Shown here: piece after piece, positions 1-8,953 of the stretch | How positions within the stretch are numbered: position 1 is the stretch's first letter | Layout of the letters: each line of letters opens with the position of its first letter | From: a virus | Taxonomy: Duplodnaviria > Caudoviricetes | Strand: one strand, 5' to 3' | Virus record (IMG/VR): IMGVR_UViG_3300032309_001297 | Coordinates: 1 to 61,254 of that record | Length of the DNA: 61,254 bases | Position numbers and translations under genes: made by a program | Notes under the pieces: model-generated | What the model saw: only the letters and a program-made list of their open reading frames with translations | Told to the model about the DNA's origin: nothing | Databases searched by the model: none

Positions 1-91
1 GACATACTTGAAGCGATTGAAGCGGCGAAGGCTTGGCTTGACGAAGAGATTGAGAACGCAAAACAAATAGAAGATGCTGGCGTGGAAATGC

Positions 92-120
92 TTGACCTTC
101 CTGCATAGATTTGTTATGAT
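92..120 (+). promoter_or_regulatory. sigma-70/SigA-type early promoter
   Basis: TTGACC-N17-TATGAT, CTTCCTGCA overlapping the spacer. Confidence 0.8.
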
Positions 121-148
121 GGTGTTACCAAACGACGAAAGGATAAAA

Positions 149-304
149 ATGAAGAAATACAATGTGATTGTCTCTGCGGAGATAAATACTTCCTTTGAGG
201 CAAATACGGCAGAAGAAGCGATTGCTTTGGCTGATGAGTGGGTTGGCGAGGAATACGGCAACCTGAAGCACAAGGCGAACTACAAGGCGGTCGAAATCAA
301 ATGA
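149..304 (+). CDS. hypothetical protein
   Basis: ATG 149 after AACGACGAAAGGA RBS. Confidence 0.7.
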   Translation: MKKYNVIVSAEINTSFEANTAEEAIALADEWVGEEYGNLKHKANYKAVEIK

Positions 305-462
305 AGATGGAACGCAAGTATGTAGTGAGACGGCGAGTTGTTTTCTCTATTGCGGTGATTGCTTTGGCTTTTGTTATCGGCTCGGTGTCTACAAACCTTT
401 GGTGGACAGGCAACGGCTATTGCTGGGGCGACGGCTTTGAGTGTATGACGGCAGGTAAGTGA
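301..462 (+). CDS. small membrane protein
   Basis: ATGA overlap with upstream gene; basic patch then one hydrophobic helix. Confidence 0.65.
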   Translation: MKMERKYVVRRRVVFSIAVIALAFVIGSVSTNLWWTGNGYCWGDGFECMTAGK

Positions 463-974
463 TGCACACTTGTCAGATACTTTTAGTAGAAGCGGAGAGC
501 CACGAAGAGGCGTTAGACAAGGTTGCTTCAGCGATTACTCATAGCGAAGAACGGTATCCGAATTGGTCAGATTGGCACGACACAAGTCCGTATGCAGGAC
601 GGTGGGATAACTTCTTCGGCAAGGGTAAAAATGTATTGCGTTATACGGAGAACCAAACACTTGCGGAGCAGAAGCTCCAAGAGTGGGTCGGCGGCAGGAA
701 AGCGGAGATGCTGCGTCACTTGGAAGAGGTAAAAACTTTGGACTTGGCGGCGCAAGTAGATGCTTACAACACGGAGAAGAACCAACCTTTTGACGGCGAT
801 GGTATGAAGTTGTATTACCTGAAGAAGTTGGCGAGTCTTTTGCAAGATGATTGGACTTGCGATACGGGCGTGTATGACTTGGAGCAACACACGGGCAACC
901 TGCAATACTTCCGTGAACGGCTCGCCGTTGCACCTGAGATGCAATACCTAGTCCCCGTAGACTTCCACTTTTAG
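459..974 (+). CDS. hypothetical protein
   Basis: 171-aa ORF coupled to upstream stop. Confidence 0.8.
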   Translation: MMHTCQILLVEAESHEEALDKVASAITHSEERYPNWSDWHDTSPYAGRWDNFFGKGKNVLRYTENQTLAEQKLQEWVGGRKAEMLRHLEEVKTLDLAAQVDAYNTEKNQPFDGDGMKLYYLKKLASLLQDDWTCDTGVYDLEQHTGNLQYFRERLAVAPEMQYLVPVDFHF

Positions 975-991
975 ACACGGCTAGAAGATGC

Positions 992-1020
992 TTGACTTGC
1001 CTGCACTTCTGAGTTAGATT
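992..1020 (+). promoter_or_regulatory. sigma-70-type promoter
   Basis: TTGACT-N17-TAGATT with CCTGCAC in spacer. Confidence 0.8.
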
Positions 1021-1048
1021 ATAAATAACAAACGACGGAAGGATAAAA

Positions 1049-1207
1049 ATGACTCAGAGATACGACATAAAGCCTGATTATGAAAGCACAGGTTGGTGGG
1101 TTGTTGATACGGCGAACCGCTATTGCCAAATAGAACTTCACCCAACCCGCGAAAGCGCGTTGCGGAAAGCAATTCAGATGGACAGACCCAAGAAGGTAAA
1201 AAGATGA
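1049..1207 (+). CDS. hypothetical protein (52 aa, below ORF-track cutoff)
   Basis: ATG after AACGACGGAAGGA; MTQRYDIKPDY...; ATGA overlap with next gene. Confidence 0.65.
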   Translation: MTQRYDIKPDYESTGWWVVDTANRYCQIELHPTRESALRKAIQMDRPKKVKR

Positions 1208-1518
1208 TAAAACCAAATCCACTTCGTGAATATGACGAGTTGCAGTTAGGCGACTTCGTTGGTGATACTCAGCGTATGGTTTTGATGCGAACTAAACTGA
1301 GTGAAAGAGTTGTTGGAGATTGTTATGCCTCTTGGGTAGTTATTGGGGTAAAAATTACCGAGTTGCACTCTTATGTCGTATGGACAGTTATTGCGACCTC
1401 AAAAGGTTTTGTTGCCGAGAGAGGCGATTACTTCTCCGAGTTGGTAGATGCCCGAAAGCGATACCAAGAGCGAGGTGGGGTAGTTACCCACCCTTCAGTT
1501 TTAGGGGGCGTGAAATGA
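1204..1518 (+). CDS. hypothetical protein
   Basis: ORF with coupled start at 1204. Confidence 0.7.
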   Translation: MIKPNPLREYDELQLGDFVGDTQRMVLMRTKLSERVVGDCYASWVVIGVKITELHSYVVWTVIATSKGFVAERGDYFSELVDARKRYQERGGVVTHPSVLGGVK

Positions 1519-1598
1519 CCTCAGGTTGGTGGGATTGGTATGGATACCCTGCCCCCAAAGATGTGACGAAAGACACAAAAGAAAAGTTGTAAATGGAG

Positions 1599-1627
1599 TT
1601 GCAATTGTCAGGAAGGTCGTGTAATGT
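1599..1627 (+). promoter_or_regulatory. sigma-70-type promoter
   Basis: TTGCAA-N17-TAATGT with CAGGAAGG in spacer. Confidence 0.6.
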
Positions 1628-1710
1628 AGTTCTTGTTGGTGAGCAAGCCTCTCCAACCACTACCCACAAAGGGTGCGTAGTGCAAAAGACAGAAAGACAG
1701 AGGTTACCAA

Positions 1711-2046
1711 ATGGCAACAGCCAAAGTAATCAGCAAGGTCGTAACTGAGGTTGCGATGGAGCGTCAGGCAGTAACGCTTGACTCAGCCACACAGGCAGTA
1801 ATCACAGAGTTTGTCGCAACACGCGATATGCTCACTTCTTTGGAAAAGACAAAGAAGGCGCTAGAAGCCAAAATCCGTGAGGCACTTGGCGAAGCAGAAG
1901 CAGGCATCGTTGATGGTGTTGTGCGTATTGAGGTCAGCCCTCGCAAGCGAACAGGTGTTGATACAAAGGCACTTGCCGAAGCCTTCCCTGAGGCTTACGA
2001 AGCGACTCAGACCACTACCGAATACTCGGTTCTAGTAGTCAAGTAA
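1711..2046 (+). CDS. hypothetical protein resembling the C-terminal extension of YqaJ-type phage nucleases
   Basis: GAGG RBS; LEAKIREALGEAE...VDTKAL..FPEAYE pattern. Confidence 0.6.
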   Translation: MATAKVISKVVTEVAMERQAVTLDSATQAVITEFVATRDMLTSLEKTKKALEAKIREALGEAEAGIVDGVVRIEVSPRKRTGVDTKALAEAFPEAYEATQTTTEYSVLVVK

Positions 2047-2056
2047 GACTTCACCG

Positions 2057-2091
2057 AAAAGCCCCTCACCGAAAGGTGGGGGGTTTTTCTT
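2057..2091 (+). terminator. intrinsic terminator
   Basis: GCCCCTCACC-GAAA-GGTGGGGGT then T run. Confidence 0.85.
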
Positions 2092-2235
2092 TGCCCAAAA
2101 TTATTCCGAAGTTGGCGAAGGTGATCGGAAAAGTGCGGGGGTAAAAATATGAGATACGCGGCGAAAATCCGGGGGACAGCTCCCGGCCCGTCCCGATACT
2201 TCCAAATAACTTTGTAAAGATTGTTCGGTAAATGC

Positions 2236-2264
2236 TTGCAAATTGCAGGAAGGTTAGGTATGAT
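2236..2264 (+). promoter_or_regulatory. sigma-70-type promoter
   Basis: TTGCAA-N17-TATGAT with TGCAGGAAGG in spacer. Confidence 0.8.
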
Positions 2265-2294
2265 TACTTTGTTCATAACGACGAAAGGACACAA

Positions 2295-2684
2295 ATGGAC
2301 ACGATGGAAAAGCAAGTAGTGGAGTTAGAAAATAACTGCACTTGCACAAATGAAGATGGAAGTTACTCAGCCGATTGTTTCGGTTGCTATGACGATGCAA
2401 AAGACAACCTGAAGTATTTGCTGAAGGGTTGGGCAGATGCCAATAACTTTGATGCGGACAAGCAAGTTGTTCGTATTCACGGCCGGGCGATGACTTGGCT
2501 ACGAAGTGAAGGCTATGCGGTTGTTGAGTTTGACTCAATACTTGATGCCCTCACACTAAATGGCGACTTCCGACTTACCTTCACGCTAGAAGGCTCAGCA
2601 CTTAGCGTGCGGAGAGGCTCACACGATGAGCCTACGGGCGCATACTTCACACTCAGCGTGATGGAGCGTCCTGAAGAAGAGTAG
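2295..2684 (+). CDS. hypothetical protein with CxC/CxxC motifs
   Basis: ATG after AACGACGAAAGGA. Confidence 0.75.
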   Translation: MDTMEKQVVELENNCTCTNEDGSYSADCFGCYDDAKDNLKYLLKGWADANNFDADKQVVRIHGRAMTWLRSEGYAVVEFDSILDALTLNGDFRLTFTLEGSALSVRRGSHDEPTGAYFTLSVMERPEEE

Positions 2685-2711
2685 TAACTGCAAGTAATAG
2701 AAGTCGGAGAG

Positions 2712-2746
2712 ACTCCCGTGTCGGAAGATGCGGGAGTTTTTCTTTT
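2712..2746 (+). terminator. intrinsic terminator
   Basis: ACTCCCGTGTC-GGAA-GATGCGGGAGT then T run. Confidence 0.75.
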
Positions 2747-3142
2747 GTCCCGATGGCTGCGGCAGCGATGCGGGGTAAAAATTTGGCACTTCGTTGATAT
2801 TCCCAGGGCTGCCGTCGGAAACTTCGCAATAATTTCTCCATATTTTCTCCGAAGGGATACCTCTGAAAGCCTTACTGGAGTTCACAGTGCGAGTAAAGTC
2901 GGCAACTCCCTAATAACTTTTGCACCTGGTGCAGGTATTTGCGCTCGCGGAAGCTGGCTGAAGACTGGCAAAATTTTTACCCCGCTGATCGCTGATCGCC
3001 AGGGCCCTGGTCAAAACTTCCAAATAACTTTCCTTCTTTAATTTTCTGGCTGGAGTTGCTTGTTTTGTGCGGGGCGTTCAGTTTTCACCACGGGGGGGAC
3101 AGAACTTCCCAATAACTTTTACAAGAAATCTCCCTGAGATAC

Positions 3143-3170
3143 TTGACAAAGTGCAGAGAGATGATAGATT
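3143..3170 (+). promoter_or_regulatory. sigma-70-type promoter
   Basis: TTGACA-N16-TAGATT with GTGCAGAGAG in spacer. Confidence 0.75.
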
Positions 3171-3203
3171 ACTACCAAGACAAAACGACACAGGGAGAAA
3201 TAA

Positions 3204-3452
3204 ATGTCTAAGCAAAACCTAGAACTAAGTGAAACAGAACTAGAAGTAAACACACTTGCTACTGCAATGTTTATGAAGTTTATGGAAAGCGAAATAGAGC
3301 GCCATAAAAATCATAAAGATTACTCAATGGATAAGTTGTTTGCCTTTATGGAAATGTATGTTCGTGCAGGAGATATTTGGGTGCGGTTGCAGAAGTTGCA
3401 AGGCGCTACACAAGAAGAGATTGCTCAATACCTATCAGAGCAGGAAGTGTAA
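3204..3452 (+). CDS. hypothetical protein
   Basis: GGGAG RBS, follows promoter. Confidence 0.75.
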   Translation: MSKQNLELSETELEVNTLATAMFMKFMESEIERHKNHKDYSMDKLFAFMEMYVRAGDIWVRLQKLQGATQEEIAQYLSEQEV

Positions 3453-3454
3453 AG

Positions 3455-3862
3455 ATGTTACCGAGATATCTTTACCACGCTACTGCGGTTTGTAATCAGG
3501 AAGGCATTGAGCGAGAGGGATTACTCTCAGCGTTCGGTGAAGTCTATGCAAGTGAAAGTGAAAATGATTGCTTAGCGTTTATGGGCTTCAGGTTGATGTC
3601 GCACTTCCATATGGGTAAAAAAGGCGAAGAGCCAGTATTCGTAAAGCACGACAGATTAGTTGTGTTTCAGATTGACACGAAGGTTACCGATAAATCTAAA
3701 TGGGAAGTGGGAACAGACCACAGTCCAGCTTTTTTTGGTAACGCAACCTCTTGGGTTCATCGCGGTTCCATAGCAAGAGAAGCCCTTGTGCGGGTTATTG
3801 AGTTCGCACCTAAACAAGAATTGTCAGATTGGAAGACTGGATTGGAAGTAAAAATCCAATGA
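3455..3862 (+). CDS. putative ADP-ribosyltransferase-fold (KptA/Tpt1-like) protein
   Basis: YLYHAT...IEREGL...VYAS...VFQID pattern. Confidence 0.5.
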   Translation: MLPRYLYHATAVCNQEGIEREGLLSAFGEVYASESENDCLAFMGFRLMSHFHMGKKGEEPVFVKHDRLVVFQIDTKVTDKSKWEVGTDHSPAFFGNATSWVHRGSIAREALVRVIEFAPKQELSDWKTGLEVKIQ

Positions 3863-4266
3863 AAACTATTATCTTTACAGAGAAGTTCAGTATCTACGTT
3901 GGACTAAATGATGCGGTTGGAATCTTTAGTTTGTATCAAACTTTTCTTTCTGAAGAAGAGTTTCTTCACCTGCGGTTAGAAGCCGTAGAGTTTTTTGTTG
4001 CCGAGTCAAGAAGTATGTCGTATCACGATAAATCATTAGACAACAAAGACTTGCGTATGGAGTTTATAGATGGCGCTATTTATGACTATCTCAATGAAGC
4101 GTTTGATGGTCGTAGAGATATAGAAACACCGATGCTGAAGTCGGCTGCCGATGATATTTTGCTGGCAGATGCTTGGCGAAGTGGGGTAAAAATCGGAAAG
4201 AAACAATGGCAACACCTAAATCAAGACGAAGATAATAGGAGGCTAGACAACTATGCAAGCAGATGA
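3859..4266 (+). CDS. hypothetical protein
   Basis: ATGA-coupled ORF. Confidence 0.7.
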   Translation: MKTIIFTEKFSIYVGLNDAVGIFSLYQTFLSEEEFLHLRLEAVEFFVAESRSMSYHDKSLDNKDLRMEFIDGAIYDYLNEAFDGRRDIETPMLKSAADDILLADAWRSGVKIGKKQWQHLNQDEDNRRLDNYASR

Positions 4267-4765
4267 AAAAGTAGTTGCGAGATTGCTGGAACTAAAACCA
4301 GACCAAAAGAAAGCGTGGGGTGGTAATAGAGCTGCGGTTGAAGTTTTAGAGTTTGACAGACTGATTGTAGATGAGATTGAGCGAGGAGTTTCGGCAGTAG
4401 AACTTGCTCTTGCTTTAGGTTATCAAAGTAGTCAAGCAATAACTAATCGCTATAAAAGAGTAAAGCAGAGTTACTCTATTGGTTTCACTCAAAAAGGTGA
4501 GGTGAAATCTACACAGAAGTTTAGAGTGGGCAGACCAAAGTCAATAACAGTAGACACTACTGCGGTAAAAATTCTCACCGAGTTGGAAATTATCTCTAAA
4601 CAATATTCCGACCTGAAGAAAAGAAAGCAAGAACTAATAATCCTTGCTATTGACAATAAAATAACTGCCCGTGAAATAGCAGAGGCTACGGGTCACACTA
4701 CTTTCAATATAAAGAACTTTCGCCATAAGAAGAATCAAGGTTTTTTAGGGGGTGATATAAAATGA
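4253..4765 (+). CDS. double helix-turn-helix DNA-binding protein
   Basis: SAVELALALGY..QAI and TAREIAEATGHT..NI segments. Confidence 0.6.
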   Translation: MQADEKVVARLLELKPDQKKAWGGNRAAVEVLEFDRLIVDEIERGVSAVELALALGYQSSQAITNRYKRVKQSYSIGFTQKGEVKSTQKFRVGRPKSITVDTTAVKILTELEIISKQYSDLKKRKQELIILAIDNKITAREIAEATGHTTFNIKNFRHKKNQGFLGGDIK

Positions 4766-5085
4766 CAAATCAAAATGACATAGAGATAAATGATGAAGAA
4801 CTAGAAGAAGATAGTGAGTTCATTACGGCTGGCGCACTTGCGGAGTATGTAGACCAAGAGTTTGTTGAAGACGAAATTGTTTCTTACCATATCTATTCTA
4901 AGTCCGATGTTGAGTCAGACCTCGGTGTTGAAATCACAGACGAACAATGGATAAAGTTCCTTAGACTCTGGGAGAACGATGAAGTTCTCAATGAAGTTCG
5001 TGCCGAGACTTGGATGCAAGCAATAGGGACTCTTCGTGAAGAACTCGGAATAGAGGAAGAAGACGATGAAGATGATGAAGGTTAG
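4762..5085 (+). CDS. highly acidic hypothetical protein
   Basis: GGGGGTG RBS; very D/E rich. Confidence 0.75.
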   Translation: MTNQNDIEINDEELEEDSEFITAGALAEYVDQEFVEDEIVSYHIYSKSDVESDLGVEITDEQWIKFLRLWENDEVLNEVRAETWMQAIGTLREELGIEEEDDEDDEG

Positions 5086-5180
5086 AGACCTTGTAAATCA
5101 GTTGCAGATGAACTATCTTCCTGATGACGAAGTTGATGTAAAAGTTGTTGTTGGGTTGATGGAAGAATCAGAGGGTAAAA

Positions 5181-5555
5181 ATGTCGGTAACTGAAGAACC
5201 ATTACACGGTTACGAGATGTGCGATGCGTGCGGGACAGCAGTCCCGTGCGTGTCTCAGGAAAAAGTTCCTGATGATGGATTGCACTTTGACTTCCTAAAC
5301 TCAGGTTATTACGGAGGTTTTACAGATAACTATCCACCAAGAGAAGGACTAAACTGGATAATGTGTCACGACTGCGTTGTGAAGTTCTTAGAGACCTTCC
5401 CGATGTTGGCTAACAAAGTCTCAGGTGGGCAACACCCTGCGGATAAAGATGCAAAGCCTTGTTGCAAATGGGCGTGGGCGTTTGATGGAGATGATGTTCT
5501 TTCGGTAGATGCCGATGGCAACTGGGTAAAAGAGAGAAAGCGAGAAGCCGTATGA
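5181..5555 (+). CDS. hypothetical Cys-rich protein
   Basis: CDAC, CHDC, CC motifs. Confidence 0.7.
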   Translation: MSVTEEPLHGYEMCDACGTAVPCVSQEKVPDDGLHFDFLNSGYYGGFTDNYPPREGLNWIMCHDCVVKFLETFPMLANKVSGGQHPADKDAKPCCKWAWAFDGDDVLSVDADGNWVKERKREAV

Positions 5556-5773
5556 GTGAAGCAGTTGATTTGATACCTCTAACAAAGAGCGTGATGTTTG
5601 TTGGGGACTACTTCTCAATGATTACAACAGTTGTTCTCAACGAGGAGTTGCGTGAAGAAGGCGAAGATGATGAGGATTTCGCTATTAGATTGGCTGGAGT
5701 TCTTATTCAAGAGTTCTACGGCTGGGACGTAGTTGCGGTCTCAAAAGAGATTGGTTTAGTAGAAGAAGAGTAG
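5552..5773 (+). CDS. acidic hypothetical protein
   Basis: ATGA-coupled ORF. Confidence 0.7.
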   Translation: MSEAVDLIPLTKSVMFVGDYFSMITTVVLNEELREEGEDDEDFAIRLAGVLIQEFYGWDVVAVSKEIGLVEEE

Positions 5774-6018
5774 AACGTGCGCTGCGGGAGAAATAGGGGT
5801 AAAAATCCTGAGTTATTCTAGAAGCTCCGCGCAGCGCTGAGAATACTCGCGTAGTGCGATGAGGCGGCTCTACCTTCCGCCGCATCTCTCCTCCTACTCC
5901 CTGAGGGGGAGAGGTGTCGGTTGAGGAGCACTTTTAGGCTCGCTCAGCCCCTCTAAAGACGGAAACTGATGCGGTTAGCCTCCTTATAGAACCAAGCAAT
6001 CAGTAGTAAAGTTCTTGT

Positions 6019-6267
6019 ATGTTGATACCCGGAATAGTTGATAAAGAGTTCCATCAGAATGGCTCTGCCGCGCCTTTTGTCGCCGCCATCATTGACGACC
6101 CAAATGACGGAGAAACCAAACTTGTTATTATGTTTGAGGAGTTAGGGCACATTGCGGTGTTGTCGTTAGACAGACTGATTGACTCTGAAGATATTTCGGT
6201 GAAGAACAATTCCCATCACGCTGATCGTCACGAAGACCTTCTTCGAGATCTGCTGTGGGAAGACTAA
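6019..6267 (+). CDS. hypothetical protein, probably leaderless
   Basis: TAAAGT -10-like box 6 nt before ATG, no SD. Confidence 0.65.
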   Translation: MLIPGIVDKEFHQNGSAAPFVAAIIDDPNDGETKLVIMFEELGHIAVLSLDRLIDSEDISVKNNSHHADRHEDLLRDLLWED

Positions 6268-6329
6268 GGGTAAAAATTTTAGCCTGGTAACCAGGCCCAT
6301 CGCTGCGTGAACAAGGGAGATAGAACGCA

Positions 6330-6893
6330 ATGACTACGATTGCTGCGATACAAGGGGAAGGCTGGGCTGTTGTTGCCTATGATTCCCGCGTCTGCGAAGA
6401 CAATCGTTCTTTTATCCTGCCGAAAGATGCTGGGAAAGTTGTTCGTAATGGTCAATACATTTTAGGTGCGGCCGGGGATATGCGTGCCGTGAACCTTTTG
6501 GCGCATTCATTCAAGCCACCTCTACCTGCTGCTACTGATATTGGCATCAAACTGGACAAGTTCATCTCCTCCAAATTCATACCTGCGCTCAAAGCCTGCT
6601 TTGATGAGGCTCAATACGGTGAAAAGGGAGAACAAGACTCAAATGTTCTAGTGATTGTGCACGGAACTATCTATGAGATTGGCTCTGGCTACGATTGGTG
6701 TCACGAAGAAAGAGGCTTTCACGCTCTGGGAACTGGGGCTGACTACGCATTAGGTGCGATGTATCAAGCTTCAGAGGGTAAAAAAAGAACGATGTCCCAC
6801 GCACGCAGCAGCGCAAAGAACGCGGTCGCCATCGCTTGCCGTCTTGACCCCAACTCAGGTGAGCCTGTTTATCTCTTGACCCAGAGTTCCTGA
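6330..6893 (+). CDS. proteasome beta-subunit/HslV-like Ntn threonine peptidase
   Basis: MTTIAA N-terminus, DSR, GK, GAAG, ALGTGADYALG, D..SG motifs. Confidence 0.8.
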   Translation: MTTIAAIQGEGWAVVAYDSRVCEDNRSFILPKDAGKVVRNGQYILGAAGDMRAVNLLAHSFKPPLPAATDIGIKLDKFISSKFIPALKACFDEAQYGEKGEQDSNVLVIVHGTIYEIGSGYDWCHEERGFHALGTGADYALGAMYQASEGKKRTMSHARSSAKNAVAIACRLDPNSGEPVYLLTQSS

Positions 6894-6956
6894 GTAGATT
6901 TCCTCCAGGCTGGATAGCACTTCCAAATAACTTTCCAAAGATTTTCTTGCAAAGAC

Positions 6957-6985
6957 TTGCATCTTCCTGCACTTCCTGTTATAGT
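6957..6985 (+). promoter_or_regulatory. sigma-70-type promoter
   Basis: TTGCAT-N17-TATAGT with CTTCCTGCAC in spacer. Confidence 0.75.
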
Positions 6986-7011
6986 TGTCCTAACGACGAA
7001 AGGACAGCAAG

Positions 7012-7314
7012 ATGTATGGATTACCAGACAGCGCCATCTATGGCACTTACAAGCGTGCAAGGAGAAGTATGAAGCCTGCAAAGCGTGGAGATAACACCAC
7101 CTACATTTATAACCCAAAGGCACTAGATAAGGCACAAGGTGATGAAGAGTTTTTAGGGTTAGCAATTCTTCTTCCTATGATTGCATTAGGAAAGTTGTTT
7201 GACTTCATTGGTTCATCTGCCGAGCGCATTGGTAATCGTGCCGAGCGTTGGGATAGGAAGATGCGAGCCAAGCGTGCCCGACAAATGCTTGACGCAAAAA
7301 AGAAAGTTTCATAA
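7012..7314 (+). CDS. hypothetical basic protein with hydrophobic segment
   Basis: AACGACGAAAGGA RBS. Confidence 0.7.
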   Translation: MYGLPDSAIYGTYKRARRSMKPAKRGDNTTYIYNPKALDKAQGDEEFLGLAILLPMIALGKLFDFIGSSAERIGNRAERWDRKMRAKRARQMLDAKKKVS

Positions 7315-7319
7315 CCTAC

Positions 7320-7348
7320 TTGCAAAATGCAGGAAGGTCTGATAGACT
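7320..7348 (+). promoter_or_regulatory. sigma-70-type promoter
   Basis: TTGCAA-N17-TAGACT with TGCAGGAAGG in spacer. Confidence 0.75.
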
Positions 7349-7383
7349 TACATCTGTAAGACAAAACGACGAAAGGAAACGAA

Positions 7384-7572
7384 ATGATAAATGCAGTTGA
7401 GAACTGGTTGGGTGTAAGCCTTACTAAGCGAGGACGCTATGTTGTTGGGACAATCTTGTTCCTTCTCTTCCTTGCGGTGTTTGCGCTCGCAGACCACATC
7501 ACGACACCTGAAGCGTGCCGAGTTCCACTAGAAGAGATGAGTTCTTTCTGCAAGAACTTGCTCTACCCATAA
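7384..7572 (+). CDS. small membrane protein
   Basis: RBS motif; one TM helix, two Cys. Confidence 0.7.
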   Translation: MINAVENWLGVSLTKRGRYVVGTILFLLFLAVFALADHITTPEACRVPLEEMSSFCKNLLYP

Positions 7573-7594
7573 GCGACGAAAGGACAGGGTAAAA

Positions 7595-8101
7595 ATGTCA
7601 AAGCATAAAGGTGGACGAACGCTCCCCCAAAAAGTATGGACGCCGTTTCAAGAAGCAGTCCCATACGCACACGGGAAGGAAGCAAAAGAATCACTACGGG
7701 AACACGAAACCCTTTGGGCTAACTCGTTCTATGTAGTTCATAAGTTTCTGTTTGAGGCAACTGAAGAAGGTGCAATCCACCTGAGCATCAGACATCAAAA
7801 CAGAAAAGCAATAAGAGATTGGCGACACTTCCAACGCATCAAGAACGAACTTGTTGGTGCGGAAAGAGAAGCCATAGAAATCTTCCCACCCGAAAGCCAA
7901 CTTGTTGATACGGCTAATCAGTATCACTTGTTTGTCTTGCCTGTGGGAGCAACCTCTCCGTTCACTTGGAACGCTGGTCGTAGAGTGACTAGCGACCCCG
8001 ACGACGAAGAGACCCGTAATTGGATAGCGTCTTTAGGTGGCGACCCTGACACAATCGGGGGAGCAGTCCAAAGACCCATAGAAGAAGGATACGAAAGGTA
8101 A
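7595..8101 (+). CDS. conserved phage protein
   Basis: HLSIR..DWRHFQRIKNELVG.EREAIEIFP..SQLVD.ANQYHL family pattern. Confidence 0.7.
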   Translation: MSKHKGGRTLPQKVWTPFQEAVPYAHGKEAKESLREHETLWANSFYVVHKFLFEATEEGAIHLSIRHQNRKAIRDWRHFQRIKNELVGAEREAIEIFPPESQLVDTANQYHLFVLPVGATSPFTWNAGRRVTSDPDDEETRNWIASLGGDPDTIGGAVQRPIEEGYER

Positions 8102-8103
8102 AA

Positions 8104-8304
8104 ATGAAGAGTGCAAACATCGCACAACAGGCTTCGGAACTTTATGACAAAGGTTTTGCCATAGAAGCCGTAGCAAAAGAACTTGGAGTCGCATACCGAA
8201 CTGCACGCAAGGCGATTTATTCGCAGGGCACAGTCGTTAGAGACCCATCAACTCGTTTGGTTGGAAGAACCCGACCTGACAAGAAAAGGAACACAGATGC
8301 CTAA
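8104..8304 (+). CDS. helix-turn-helix protein
   Basis: LYDKGFAIEAVAKELGVAYRTARKAI. Confidence 0.7.
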   Translation: MKSANIAQQASELYDKGFAIEAVAKELGVAYRTARKAIYSQGTVVRDPSTRLVGRTRPDKKRNTDA

Positions 8305-8446
8305 GAACATTGTTTGGACTTCAGTAATCGCTGCGCTCGCTTGCGTTGCGTCAGTAATCGCTGCGGTGACTAACACACCTGACTTGGTTATCTCGTTTGG
8401 GTTTATTGCCCTTACATCTGCAATCCTCAGTTCAAGAGAGAAATAA
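8297..8446 (+). CDS. small two-TM membrane protein
   Basis: AAAGGA RBS, two hydrophobic segments. Confidence 0.6.
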   Translation: MPKNIVWTSVIAALACVASVIAAVTNTPDLVISFGFIALTSAILSSREK

Positions 8447-8477
8447 CAACTACTAATGAAAGACGAAAGGACGCCAA

Positions 8478-8891
8478 ATGTGGCTATTTAGTGAAACAGG
8501 TTTTGTATCTGCGGTCGTAGACCTGCAGGACAAAAAGAAAATGATTGTTCGTGGTCGTGACAAAAAGAGTTTAGAAGCTCTGGCGAAGTTCGCTGGGGTA
8601 AAAATTCTAGATACCCCGCAGCGGGACTACCCACATCGTGTGTTTGTCTCGAAGAAGAAGTATGCGGAGTGGGTGTTGAAGACCATCGAGGAGATGCAAT
8701 ACAACAACTACAAGTCTCGTATGTATCAGACTCGTGGTGCAGACTTCACTCACAGCCTCTCCGAGGTGTGGTCAGTTATGCATCAGGTCTCAGAGAACTA
8801 TGTGAAGCCGACCTACTCCTACACGGGGTTTGCGGACGACTCATACTACGAAGATGAGTATCCAAGTCTCTTTCCAAAAAAGTCAGGCTAA
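8478..8891 (+). CDS. conserved hypothetical phage protein
   Basis: MWLFSETGFVSAV...VRGR...DYPHR; GACGAAAGGA RBS. Confidence 0.75.
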   Translation: MWLFSETGFVSAVVDLQDKKKMIVRGRDKKSLEALAKFAGVKILDTPQRDYPHRVFVSKKKYAEWVLKTIEEMQYNNYKSRMYQTRGADFTHSLSEVWSVMHQVSENYVKPTYSYTGFADDSYYEDEYPSLFPKKSG

Positions 8892-8895
8892 TAAC

Positions 8896-8924
8896 TTGAC
8901 TTCCCTGCAAATGTCAGGTAGATT
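8896..8924 (+). promoter_or_regulatory. sigma-70-type promoter
   Basis: TTGACT-N17-TAGATT with CCCTGCA in spacer. Confidence 0.75.
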
Positions 8925-8953
8925 GGTCTAAAGCCAACAGGGAGGCAAATCAA

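Noticed and set aside
2718-3041. 107-aa ORF in the intergenic block
   Set aside because: Starts inside a terminator hairpin, no convincing RBS, atypical composition.
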